64,000 nt of DNA from Candidatus Versatilivorator sp. (GTDB taxonomy: Bacteria > Acidobacteriota > Terriglobia > Versatilivoradales > Versatilivoraceae): NCBI GenBank assembly GCA_965207735.1, contig OZ242296.1, forward strand, positions 3,808,001-3,872,000. Direction: 5' to 3'. Under the pieces are notes generated by a model. It was given only the letters and a program-made list of their open reading frames with translations, was not told the origin of the DNA and searched no databases. Position numbers and translations under genes: made by a program. Each line of letters starts with the position of its first letter. Within the stretch, counting starts at the first letter, position 1. Below are positions 50,456-59,985 of this stretch, piece after piece.

Positions 50456-50764
50456 ATGGCCCTGACAGTTCATTCCGAAGAGTATAGACAACTCTCACGC
50501 CGAATCGACAGGACCTCCAAGGCGCAGGAGCAGATCTTCCGCCTGCATGTCGAATACATCCGCGTGATTCAGCAATGTCTCCCGGAGACGGCTAAGGTGA
50601 TTACGCGGAGATCTAATAAACCCTGGACTGAGGAGGAAAAGGATCGAGTCAATGCGGCTTGCCGAGCCGGGGTGTCCATCAAGGAAATCGCCGTTCGGCA
50701 AGAGCGTAGCGAAGACAGCATCCGAAAGTGCCTCAGCACGTTGGAGGAGTTGGGTAAGCGATAA
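50456..50764 (+). CDS. Small putative helix-turn-helix protein
   Basis: KPWTEEEKDRV...GVSIKEIAVRQERSEDSIRK. Confidence 0.55.
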   Translation: MALTVHSEEYRQLSRRIDRTSKAQEQIFRLHVEYIRVIQQCLPETAKVITRRSNKPWTEEEKDRVNAACRAGVSIKEIAVRQERSEDSIRKCLSTLEELGKR

Positions 50765-50959
50765 TCGACAACGCCGATCATGGAGAGGGCAATGGACCAG
50801 ATAGGATTTGTCCTCGAAGCCGTGTTCACAGTGGCAGGCTCGGCCCTCCCGGTGGCGACGCCGCTGGTATTGTGGTGGATCTACAAAGCCATCCTCGTCG
50901 TCAGGAATGATCTGCGTAAACACGAACCGATCTTTCCGCTTGGCGGGAATCAAGCAATC

Positions 50960-52446
50960 GAGCCTTTTGCAAAATTCGGAATCGGGCATGACATTGGGCT
51001 GGCAACAGTGATGTTCCGGCGGTGACTACCCAGCTGCAAAGACCCTTTTGAAGGAAAAAGCCCGAATCTGATGGCCGGATGGCCAGCGGTCGCCGGACGC
51101 AGGCACAGCTTACCCTCTCCCGGCCTTGAGGCGGGCGAACCTGCTGTGCGGTTGGGGGTGGCAACCCGGTCTTCAGAGCGTCAGGCGCATCAACTGATCC
51201 ACCGTCAGGGCCAGAATGCCGAACATCAGGTGGCACCTCACCTTGTCGGGGCCGCGAACCCTCACCTGCCTCCCGCCAAACTCCTCCTTGAGCCGTCCGT
51301 TGACCCGCTCCACCGTCGAGCGTTCCCGGTAGCGCCGCGCCTCGGGAGTCACTTGGCCGATACAGCGCCGGGCCAGTGCCTCCCGCTTCCGCTCGGCTTT
51401 CAAGGTAGCTCTTCGGCGGGGGTTGACGTCAATAATCGGCACATGCCCCAGCTTCTCACTGAAGGCCCGGATCTCCGGCGCATCGTAGGCGCTGTCCATC
51501 AAGTCGTAGAGACTCTCGACCCGCCTTGCCGTCAGCGTCGCCAGCGGAATGGCTGCCTGAGAGTCATGCACCGAGGCCGAGGTCAGCAGACAACTGACCG
51601 GAATCCCGCCGTCAATGGCGTCGAGGTGTAGCTTGTAGCCGGTCCAGCTCTCCTGATGCCCCTTGGCGTTGCGCTTGACGCCGATGTCGCAGGCCTTGGG
51701 CAACTCCTTCAACATTTCCTCCAGCGTCATCGACCCCTGCCGCTCCAGCCGGCTCAACCGCTTGGGCCGTCGCTCGCCCTTCGGCGGCCGGCCCCGCCGG
51801 CGTTTCCGCTTGGCCTCCGGCGCAGCCTTGGCCGCTGGCTTTTCCCGTCCCGCAATCGCCGTCGAGTCCCTCGACACATGCCCCGCCAAGTGGCCCTTCA
51901 GCGTCTCCTCCAGCAATGCCTCGTGCAAACGCCCCGGCAGGTCGCTCTCAGCGAATTCCGCAAAGGCCCGCGAGAAGGTCGACTCGCTCGGTACCTCCCA
52001 CGCCCTCTCCCAGCCGCACAGCCGCCGCAGCCTCCCCTCACTCCTCAGCCGCTCCACCAATCCCCGCGTGGTCGCCACCTCCAGCATCGACTTCGCCAGA
52101 TAGGCTCGCGCCAGCACTGCCCGATCCTCCAGCGGCCGGCCACGCCAGCCCCGACTGTAAGGCAGCAACTCCTCCACCCGCACCAACTCCAATACCTGCA
52201 CCAGCCGCTGGTAACGCTCTCCCAGAGGCCCCAAAACTTCCTCCAGCAGGGGAAACAGCTCTCGTTGAAACCGGAACCAGTGTCGTGATAGGGTTTCCCT
52301 AAGGGGCAAGTTCCACCTCCGTTCATCATGTGGTTCAGACACCTTCATGATACAACAGACAGTGGTCTTGCCCCTCCTTCCACCTGCCCTCCTTGATCTT
52401 TCCCCACGTGAAAATTCCCGCTATCTGCGAATTTTGCAAAAGGCTC
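50960..52446 (-). mobile_element. 1487-bp DDE IS, copy 4
   Basis: Same IRs; TSD AATC; inserted in the last codons of a small ORF starting at 50780. Confidence 0.95.
51173..52348 (-). CDS. DDE transposase (identical copy)
   Basis: Identical translation. Confidence 0.95.
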   Translation of the reverse strand: MKVSEPHDERRWNLPLRETLSRHWFRFQRELFPLLEEVLGPLGERYQRLVQVLELVRVEELLPYSRGWRGRPLEDRAVLARAYLAKSMLEVATTRGLVERLRSEGRLRRLCGWERAWEVPSESTFSRAFAEFAESDLPGRLHEALLEETLKGHLAGHVSRDSTAIAGREKPAAKAAPEAKRKRRRGRPPKGERRPKRLSRLERQGSMTLEEMLKELPKACDIGVKRNAKGHQESWTGYKLHLDAIDGGIPVSCLLTSASVHDSQAAIPLATLTARRVESLYDLMDSAYDAPEIRAFSEKLGHVPIIDVNPRRRATLKAERKREALARRCIGQVTPEARRYRERSTVERVNGRLKEEFGGRQVRVRGPDKVRCHLMFGILALTVDQLMRLTL

Positions 52447-52776
52447 AATCAAGTAAGCGGGAGCGGTGAGGGAGTGGCCTTCGTCATCCTCCTGTCCCTG
52501 GTGGGCCTCATCACGGCTCTCGATGCCTGGACGACCGCCGGCCTGGTGATTGTGGCTGCCAGCCTCGCGGCCTTCGTCATTTTGGCGGCTTGGGGCTTGA
52601 TTGGAGTGGTTCGGTTTGCCGCAGAACTGATTGAAAGCAGAGAGGAGTGAATTGAAGAGAGAAGGAGATGCCTCAATGGAGCCCTGGGACGACGAGAAAG
52701 ACGCCCAATTTACTCGGATCTTGGAGAGAATGTGCGCCCTGGAGGTGGTCCTTCACCCACGAGATTATCGATCACG

Positions 52777-52805
52777 CGGTTCATCCCCGCGCCCGCGGGG
52801 AACAG
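52777..52805 (+). CRISPR. Solitary type I-E-like CRISPR repeat
   Basis: cggttcatccccgcgcccgcggggaacag. Confidence 0.7.
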
Positions 52806-52946
52806 ATGGTTTAGTGGTTTGCGAGCGATTAAATTGGGGAGTGAAGCGATGGGTTGACGGCCCCGGGAAACCGGCGCCGAGCTGGCGCTGGGAAGGGGGC
52901 CTTTGTGTCCGACAATTCGAGCCACGTTTCGAAGTCCACAGGTGAG

Positions 52947-54152
52947 GTGGGAATCTTGGGGGAATTGGTTGTCATTTTTTTGCTCTGTCTTGCTTGGTTT
53001 GCTTACTGCATTTATTCTGAGTTTCGAGGATCTCCTTTTGAAAGGAGACGTGCCCGAAAACATGCCCAAAAAGAGGCAGAGAAACGTGCCAAAGACTACC
53101 CATTACATTGGGCCATTGAGCATGGCCGCCTAAGAGAAGTTGAGTCCCTAATGATGTCCGGGGCCAGCCTAAACACACGAGACGAGCGGGGTCAGACCCC
53201 ATTACATACGGCGGTGGATCATAACCGTCCGGAAGAGGTCAAATTTCTATTGAAGGCTGGAGTAGATCCTAACGCGAGGGAGTCCCCAGGATCTCTTATC
53301 AAGCAGGAGTACAACACGGAACCGGCGAAACTGAACGAATGGGGTCCGGCCGCTCTGCATAGTGCCGTGTGGCATACCCGTAACCTCGACATCACCACCG
53401 CGCTGCTGGATGCTGGGGCAGACCCCAACATGCGAGCCCATTTTGACAGGACTCCACTTCATAGTGCGGTCCCGCCCTACGAAACACATGAGACACGTGA
53501 AACACAAAAAGCTATTGTTCGAGCCTTGGTCAAGGCGGGAGCCAACCTGGAGGCACGCAACGAAACACATATGTGGACGCCGCTACACGAGGCAGCGCAG
53601 CAATCGGCCACAGCAACCAAGGCGCTGTTGGAGGCTGGAGCCAACGTTGAGGCGCGGTGCTACGACGGTTCGACCCCTCTACATTTGGCGGTATCGCCTC
53701 AGCTAATGTATTCGACCCCAAATCTAGCAGCCGCCAAGGTCCTGCTGGAGGGAGGAGCCAACGCCAACGCACGAGACAAGCGGAATCGAACCCCGCTGCA
53801 TCAGGCAGCAACCGACCGCATTATCCTTCATCGGTTGCTTGAGCCTCTACTGGAGGCTGGAGCCAACCTGGAGGCACGGGACAATCAAGGTCACACTCCA
53901 CTTCATCTAGCGGCAGCTGATTGGGACATCTCTACGGTCGAGGCCCTGATCAAGGCTGGAGCCGAAGTCGAGGCACGGGACAAGGAAGGACGTACCCCGA
54001 TTCATCATGCGGCGGCTAGATGCTTTACCTCCGCATTCGTGGCGCTGGTCAAGGCTGGAGCCGATCCTGACGCGCGGGACTTCTACGGTAAGACCCCAGG
54101 CCGCTTGGCGCATGACGGGTTGTTTGCGGGAGGGGGCGAAATCCTACGCTAA
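52947..54152 (+). CDS. Ankyrin repeat protein with N-terminal transmembrane helix
   Basis: GTG start after aggtgag; about nine repeats of TPLH.A...LL.AGA..EARD. Confidence 0.92.
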   Translation: MGILGELVVIFLLCLAWFAYCIYSEFRGSPFERRRARKHAQKEAEKRAKDYPLHWAIEHGRLREVESLMMSGASLNTRDERGQTPLHTAVDHNRPEEVKFLLKAGVDPNARESPGSLIKQEYNTEPAKLNEWGPAALHSAVWHTRNLDITTALLDAGADPNMRAHFDRTPLHSAVPPYETHETRETQKAIVRALVKAGANLEARNETHMWTPLHEAAQQSATATKALLEAGANVEARCYDGSTPLHLAVSPQLMYSTPNLAAAKVLLEGGANANARDKRNRTPLHQAATDRIILHRLLEPLLEAGANLEARDNQGHTPLHLAAADWDISTVEALIKAGAEVEARDKEGRTPIHHAAARCFTSAFVALVKAGADPDARDFYGKTPGRLAHDGLFAGGGEILR

Positions 54153-54221
54153 GCCGGCGCTGGCTAGGCGTCGCGGTCCAGGCACTCCGGTGTTTTGTTT
54201 TGTCTGCCACTATTTGCCTCA

Positions 54222-54250
54222 CGGTTCATCCCCGCGCCTGCGGGGAACAG
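54222..54250 (+). CRISPR. Solitary type I-E-like CRISPR repeat
   Basis: cggttcatccccgcgcctgcggggaacag (one mismatch to 52777). Confidence 0.7.
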
Positions 54251-54382
54251 AAAGCAACATCGGATTTTGGACGAAATCCTGAAAAAAACAGACCCTCCGT
54301 TGCCTTCTAAGCTATTTCCAAAGCACCCGACGGTCCGGGCACGGCCGCGGCGGCCCAGTCGTGGGGTTGTCCTGCCGGCGGT

Positions 54383-55323
54383 TCAATCCGGGATCAAGGC
54401 TTGGGCCGAGTATTGCACGTTGCGGCTGCTGGTGGTGGCCGCAATGGCTATCATCGAAAGCTGAAAGTTAAATCCGGTGTTGCCGGGCGCCCGGAGGCAG
54501 ACTCGGAGCAGGCGCGGCTCGGTAAAGGTCCAAGGGTTCAGCGCGTGATGCTTGCCGGATATCTTCAGGGCCGGAAGGCTGCCCAATTCGTTTCCCTGCC
54601 AGTCGTACGCTTGAACGCTTAGCCGGGTTTCTGGCGGCGCGGGCATGCCGGGCTCTGCGGTCACAAAGGCCAAGCCGACGTTGCTGTTGGGTCCGAAGTC
54701 GGCCGGTGTCTGCGTCGGAATCGAAAACGCTTCCAAGATCTCGCCATCCTTGCGGGTTATCAGGTAGCGGCCTTCGACGTGCAACGCTTCGGGCTCACAG
54801 TCCGGGGCACTCTCGATGTAGACCGCTCCAACGGCGAGGTCCTGGCCGGCGTCTCCGGTCAGCGTGATCTTTTGGGAACCGTGCGCATACGACGCGGCGT
54901 CGGGCGGAAAGCTGATTCCCAGGGTGTTGTTGTCCAGGTGGCGGCCGTTGAAACGTACCCGGGGAGCCTCTGTCGTTCCTTGGTGAAACCGGAGAGTAGC
55001 GTTGCACGGGTATGCGGTGCGGTTGGTAATTGTGATTTCGGTTCGTGCAGTGGAGTTTGCCAGCGGCCCGGCAAAGACGTGGGTGAGGATGTGCGAGACG
55101 CTGGGGGCGGCGGGTTTGCCGGGGTCGGCGGCGGTGTGGCTTTCGATCCAGTGTTGGACCAGGGCGGCCCGGGTATAAAAGGCCGGTGCTGAGTAGAACA
55201 CGGGTTGAAAGATTGCCGCGATGCCGACCAGGGCTGTCGCGCCGTCGATTTGGATTACCAGGGGGCCGCCGCTGTCGCCTTTGCGCATGCCGCCGACGTT
55301 CTTGACGTAACCGACACATAGAA
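54383..55323 (-). pseudogene. 5'-truncated trypsin-like (S1) serine protease with a C-terminal extension
   Basis: GDSGGPLV catalytic Ser motif, LVGI, YTR...WI; the His/Asp-containing N-terminus is replaced by the IS. Confidence 0.8.
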
Positions 55324-56810
55324 GAGCCTTTTGCAAAATTCGCAGATAGCGGGAATTTTCACGTGGGGAAAGATCAAGGAGGGCAGGTGGAAGGAGGGGC
55401 AAGACCACTGTCTGTTGTATCATGAAGGTGTCTGAACCACATGATGAACGGAGGTGGAACTTGCCCCTTAGGGAAACCCTATCACGACACTGGTTCCGGT
55501 TTCAACGAGAGCTGTTTCCCCTGCTGGAGGAAGTTTTGGGGCCTCTGGGAGAGCGTTACCAGCGGCTGGTGCAGGTATTGGAGTTGGTGCGGGTGGAGGA
55601 GTTGCTGCCTTACAGTCGGGGCTGGCGTGGCCGGCCGCTGGAGGATCGGGCAGTGCTGGCGCGAGCCTATCTGGCGAAGTCGATGCTGGAGGTGGCGACC
55701 ACGCGGGGATTGGTGGAGCGGCTGAGGAGTGAGGGGAGGCTGCGGCGGCTGTGCGGCTGGGAGAGGGCGTGGGAGGTACCGAGCGAGTCGACCTTCTCGC
55801 GGGCCTTTGCGGAATTCGCTGAGAGCGACCTGCCGGGGCGTTTGCACGAGGCATTGCTGGAGGAGACGCTGAAGGGCCACTTGGCGGGGCATGTGTCGAG
55901 GGACTCGACGGCGATTGCGGGACGGGAAAAGCCAGCGGCCAAGGCTGCGCCGGAGGCCAAGCGGAAACGCCGGCGGGGCCGGCCGCCGAAGGGCGAGCGA
56001 CGGCCCAAGCGGTTGAGCCGGCTGGAGCGGCAGGGGTCGATGACGCTGGAGGAAATGTTGAAGGAGTTGCCCAAGGCCTGCGACATCGGCGTCAAGCGCA
56101 ACGCCAAGGGGCATCAGGAGAGCTGGACCGGCTACAAGCTACACCTCGACGCCATTGACGGCGGGATTCCGGTCAGTTGTCTGCTGACCTCGGCCTCGGT
56201 GCATGACTCTCAGGCAGCCATTCCGCTGGCGACGCTGACGGCAAGGCGGGTCGAGAGTCTCTACGACTTGATGGACAGCGCCTACGATGCGCCGGAGATC
56301 CGGGCCTTCAGTGAGAAGCTGGGGCATGTGCCGATTATTGACGTCAACCCCCGCCGAAGAGCTACCTTGAAAGCCGAGCGGAAGCGGGAGGCACTGGCCC
56401 GGCGCTGTATCGGCCAAGTGACTCCCGAGGCGCGGCGCTACCGGGAACGCTCGACGGTGGAGCGGGTCAACGGACGGCTCAAGGAGGAGTTTGGCGGGAG
56501 GCAGGTGAGGGTTCGCGGCCCCGACAAGGTGAGGTGCCACCTGATGTTCGGCATTCTGGCCCTGACGGTGGATCAGTTGATGCGCCTGACGCTCTGAAGA
56601 CCGGGTTGCCACCCCCAACCGCACAGCAGGTTCGCCCGCCTCAAGGCCGGGAGAGGGTAAGCTGTGCCTGCGTCCGGCGACCGCTGGCCATCCGGCCATC
56701 AGATTCGGGCTTTTTCCTTCAAAAGGGTCTTTGCAGCTGGGTAGTCACCGCCGGAACATCACTGTTGCCAGCCCAATGTCATGCCCGATTCCGAATTTTG
56801 CAAAAGGCTC
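55324..56810 (+). mobile_element. 1487-bp DDE IS, copy 5 (no matching TSD)
   Basis: Same IRs; flanks AGAA and GACT differ. Confidence 0.95.
55422..56597 (+). CDS. DDE transposase (identical copy)
   Basis: Identical translation. Confidence 0.95.
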   Translation: MKVSEPHDERRWNLPLRETLSRHWFRFQRELFPLLEEVLGPLGERYQRLVQVLELVRVEELLPYSRGWRGRPLEDRAVLARAYLAKSMLEVATTRGLVERLRSEGRLRRLCGWERAWEVPSESTFSRAFAEFAESDLPGRLHEALLEETLKGHLAGHVSRDSTAIAGREKPAAKAAPEAKRKRRRGRPPKGERRPKRLSRLERQGSMTLEEMLKELPKACDIGVKRNAKGHQESWTGYKLHLDAIDGGIPVSCLLTSASVHDSQAAIPLATLTARRVESLYDLMDSAYDAPEIRAFSEKLGHVPIIDVNPRRRATLKAERKREALARRCIGQVTPEARRYRERSTVERVNGRLKEEFGGRQVRVRGPDKVRCHLMFGILALTVDQLMRLTL

Positions 56811-56835
56811 GACTTAATGAAGGATTATCGGAAGT
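56811..56835 (-). other. dif-like recombination site A (XerD-like arm cut by the IS)
   Basis: Minus strand ACTTCCGATAA-tccttca-TTAAGTC|IS. Confidence 0.6.
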
Positions 56836-56950
56836 TGAGCCTTCTTGACTTCGTGAAACGCAGTTCAGTAACCTCGTCACACTGATTCCAAAGAATTCAA
56901 CCCGTGTACCAGCGCAGAGGGCGGAGTTCCACCTCTTGCTGATCGGAAGC

Positions 56951-57268
56951 ATGATAGTCACCCTGTTCTTCTGGCCGGCCATCGCGCTCAGTGTTCTAGT
57001 TGCCATTGCCGGAGTGATCCTGCGAAGAATCACCCCGTTACTTGTGGCAGCGGCGCTTGTTCTGCCGGCCTCAGCATACCTCGCAGCAACTCCGAGATTC
57101 GAGGTCTGGGGATTGTTCCCGGTTGGTGTCTATCTGCTGGCGGCGCTGGCTATTCACTGGCTTGAAGGGTTACCTGGCAGGACAACCAGCATCTCGCTTA
57201 TTGCCGGGAATGCCTGGTTCTTTTGGGACCTCTTTGCAGAAATATTCAGATTCCCCCTAAATCCGTGA
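56951..57268 (+). CDS. Small multi-pass membrane protein (cassette A-B)
   Basis: Four hydrophobic segments. Confidence 0.65.
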   Translation: MIVTLFFWPAIALSVLVAIAGVILRRITPLLVAAALVLPASAYLAATPRFEVWGLFPVGVYLLAALAIHWLEGLPGRTTSISLIAGNAWFFWDLFAEIFRFPLNP

Positions 57269-57338
57269 GCTTTTCGAGGCAACCTGCGATTTCCCAACCT
57301 CTAGCATACCCCTACGACCTGGAGGTGGATTCTCCCCT

Positions 57339-57367
57339 GGTTGACATAGGTGGACTTTATCGGAAGT
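57339..57367 (-). other. dif-like recombination site B
   Basis: ACTTCCGATAA-agtccac-CTATGTCAACC. Confidence 0.75.
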
Positions 57368-57390
57368 TGGGGAGAAAACAGCAGGGGAGA

Positions 57391-58107
57391 TCAATCAATA
57401 CCTGATCTGTGCGCATGCACGGGTCGGCTCAACAAATCAAGCAGAAGCCTTTCCCGAAGCAGAGGTCTTCGCGTTTGGGACTGGAGTTGCTCCGGTCCGA
57501 AGGGCTTATCATCGAGCAAGAGCAAGCGGCTCTCTGAGGTGTTTGAGCCTTGCTTAGTCGCTGTTGGTGGGGGCGCGGGCGCAGGATCATCCCGGAGCTT
57601 GCGCGGCACGTTGTAGACACCGCCCCATCTCGGGGAAACCAGGAAAGCAATACCTGTGGGAACTCCCACGAACAAACCACTAAACAAGGCCCATCCTCGG
57701 CCATTCAGATCCCACCCGGGTGCCAACCCGAGAAAAATCCCCGTGGAGGCCCCAGCAGTGATCCATCCAAGGTACCGTTTCGAAAGAGGACGATATACGA
57801 GAACCTTTTCAACGGCTTGCTTCCGGAGAGTGAGCGTTTGCCCGGTCGGCGACAGGAGCATGACGGCCTCGGCCGAGGCCGACTGAAATTGTCCTTCAAC
57901 CCTCTGAATGCCTCCAGGAGCCCGGTCCTTGTAGAGCCGTACCCTGGTGCGCGCTCCAGGTGCAATTCTCTCCACCTTGGACCAGTCCCGCCTGATCCAC
58001 GTTCCTGCTTCTGCCACAGGCGATACTCCAATTACAGTCAGCAGGAGCACAAGTCCTGTAGCCGTGCCCTGTCTGAACAGCTTCCAAAAACCTGTGTTTG
58101 CCTTCAT
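57391..58107 (-). CDS. Hypothetical secreted/membrane protein (cassette B-C)
   Basis: Signal peptide, small beta-rich domain, two Gly-rich hydrophobic segments; paralog of 58122..58853. Confidence 0.7.
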   Translation of the reverse strand: MKANTGFWKLFRQGTATGLVLLLTVIGVSPVAEAGTWIRRDWSKVERIAPGARTRVRLYKDRAPGGIQRVEGQFQSASAEAVMLLSPTGQTLTLRKQAVEKVLVYRPLSKRYLGWITAGASTGIFLGLAPGWDLNGRGWALFSGLFVGVPTGIAFLVSPRWGGVYNVPRKLRDDPAPAPPPTATKQGSNTSESRLLLLDDKPFGPEQLQSQTRRPLLRERLLLDLLSRPVHAHRSGID

Positions 58108-58121
58108 TGGCACCCCGAGTT

Positions 58122-58853
58122 TTACCTGATTGACATATTGGGACCTTTTCGGAAGTGCAAGGGCACACTTGACAAATCAAGTGGGAGATTTTGCCGCATC
58201 ACGGCTCGCCGGGATTGCCGGCGAAGCCGATCCGCTTTTGATTCCTCAACGAGTGAGAGGGCCAACGCTTCTTCCGAGGCCGTCGTGTTTGAACTCTGAT
58301 CCTTGTTTGTGGGTTTCGGCTCTCCTTCGCCGGGCGAATCGGGGATGATTTCGATAAGGGTGACATTCCTTGAACCCCGGGGAAGATTTATCAACACGGC
58401 AAGGGCCGAGCCAATTCCAATACCTGCCCATAGTGAAGGAGCACCCGATCCTTGGCCGGATCCCCATACGTAGTTCAACGCAACGGTTCCCACCAAAGCA
58501 CCCACGACAGCCCCAACGGTCAGCGCGGCCTTTTTCGCCCTCCTCGCGACCAAGTTTGCGTTGACATCTAGGGCCTCGATTCGAGAGACGGCTTCTCTCG
58601 CAACCTCAATCTGTCCCTTCGGGTCATCGGAGCTCCTCTTGACCCATAAGACGACCGACGACTCCTTCACCCTCTTGACTCGCCCCTTCACCCGTGCGCC
58701 CTCGGCGACGTGGAGTGTGACTTTCTTCCCACGGATCACTTTCTTTAGTTCACTCCAACGGACTTGCAGACGTTTTTCCGGGTCGGAGCCAAGCAGGATT
58801 CCGTTCATTGCCAGAAACGCTGTCAACACGCCAAGGATTCGCCACCGCTTCAT
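58122..58853 (-). CDS. Hypothetical secreted/membrane protein (cassette C-D)
   Basis: Signal peptide MKRWRILGVLTAFLA; same architecture as 57391..58107. Confidence 0.7.
   Translation of the reverse strand: MKRWRILGVLTAFLAMNGILLGSDPEKRLQVRWSELKKVIRGKKVTLHVAEGARVKGRVKRVKESSVVLWVKRSSDDPKGQIEVAREAVSRIEALDVNANLVARRAKKAALTVGAVVGALVGTVALNYVWGSGQGSGAPSLWAGIGIGSALAVLINLPRGSRNVTLIEIIPDSPGEGEPKPTNKDQSSNTTASEEALALSLVEESKADRLRRQSRRAVMRQNLPLDLSSVPLHFRKGPNMSIR
58128..58156 (-). other. dif-like recombination site C
   Basis: ACTTCCGAAAA-ggtccca-ATATGTCAATC. Confidence 0.65.
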
Positions 58854-59020
58854 GTCATGACCTCGTGGTTCCATTTTCGTCGTCAACAAGCTGGCTCACT
58901 CTGTCCGAACCATTCAGACGGAAATCCTACCCCCACATTCCGAGTCACCCGCCGGCACCGCCGGCCATAGCCGTTGCGTGGCCGGCCAAGTACTGCTCGT
59001 CCTCGTCACCGGCGTCGTAA

Positions 59021-59049
59021 AGTTTACATATCCCGATATTATCAGAAGT
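59021..59049 (-). other. dif-like recombination site D
   Basis: ACTTCTGATAA-tatcggg-ATATGTAAACT. Confidence 0.75.
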
Positions 59050-59151
59050 CGGCGGCTAGCGCCTGGGGCCTCGGGTGAGTCTGTCGGCGAGCCAGCCAAT
59101 CAAGAGCAGGACCAGCAAGGCACCGAGAATCCAGTCAACGAGTGTCACGCC

Positions 59152-59180
59152 AGTTTACATAAGGAGACCTTATCGGAAGT
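59152..59180 (-). other. dif-like recombination site E
   Basis: ACTTCCGATAA-ggtctcc-TTATGTAAACT. Confidence 0.8.
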
Positions 59181-59272
59181 GAACCAAGCTGTTGCTATTG
59201 TGACTCCTAGGGCGTTAGACTCTTCTCACTGATTTCCAAAAATTCAACCATGTACCATCACGGAGGGGAGAA

Positions 59273-59893
59273 ATGAAACCCATACTATGGGCAACCCTAT
59301 TTCTCGTTGCCTCATTTCTCACACTGCCGATTTCTTCTGCCGCCCAGTGGATGCCGGTTGTGGCAAAGCAAAGGAGTCTCGTTTATGAGGTCAATCCCGA
59401 TGGCTCGGAAGTGCTGGTCTCGGAGCGTAGAGGCACTTTCTTCCGTACATCATCCGGCTCGGTCATTCGCACGCTATTTACTGTGAAAGATGGACAGACA
59501 CAGGGGAAGGGATCGTCGATTCTGATTGACGCGCAAACAGGGAAGACTTATTCCCTCAATCATAAAAGGCGGACTGCCCGGGTGTCATCATACGTAAGAC
59601 AACCTCCGCTGCTACCAACGCCGAGAGACGATCTTACCGACGATCGAGTGATCGGCAGCGGCACGATCAATGGGGTAGAGTGTATCGCTTTGAAGTGTTA
59701 TGAGGGTGGGTTTGACGACGACAACGTTGTGCCGGGAAAGTCTTGGGTTAACCTTGCCTACGATCTAGCTGTGAAGAGTGATTGTCTCTGGTTCTCCACC
59801 AGACGTTCAGTTACTGAGCTGTACGATATAGAGTTCAAGGAACCAGATAACTCCGTCACTTTCGGCATTCCGGAAGGGTACACAACACGATGA
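59273..59893 (+). CDS. Hypothetical secreted protein (cassette E-F)
   Basis: RBS ggag, signal peptide ending SAA-Q; beta-rich, C-terminal EPD...FGIPEGY. Confidence 0.75.
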   Translation: MKPILWATLFLVASFLTLPISSAAQWMPVVAKQRSLVYEVNPDGSEVLVSERRGTFFRTSSGSVIRTLFTVKDGQTQGKGSSILIDAQTGKTYSLNHKRRTARVSSYVRQPPLLPTPRDDLTDDRVIGSGTINGVECIALKCYEGGFDDDNVVPGKSWVNLAYDLAVKSDCLWFSTRRSVTELYDIEFKEPDNSVTFGIPEGYTTR

Positions 59894-59956
59894 TTGTTTC
59901 TGGACCCTCAGCTCTATAGCCCGACGGACCCAGCAGTTGATTGACCAGAGTGCAGC

Positions 59957-59985
59957 AGTTGACATATTCAACGATTATCGGAAGT
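59957..59985 (-). other. dif-like recombination site F
   Basis: ACTTCCGATAA-tcgttga-ATATGTCAACT. Confidence 0.8.

Noticed and set aside
38287-54250. A true CRISPR array or cas locus
   Set aside because: Repeats are isolated, kilobases apart, with no ~32-bp spacer periodicity and no cas genes
54383-55423. 346-aa intact ORF starting MIQQTVV
   Set aside because: First 33 codons are IS sequence read outward; the same start appears at 40096
56811-59985. Classical integron attC array, or sigma-70 promoters from the TTGACA in the arms
   Set aside because: No RYYYAAC/GTTRRRY long hairpins and no intI; no -10 box 17 bp after TTGACA
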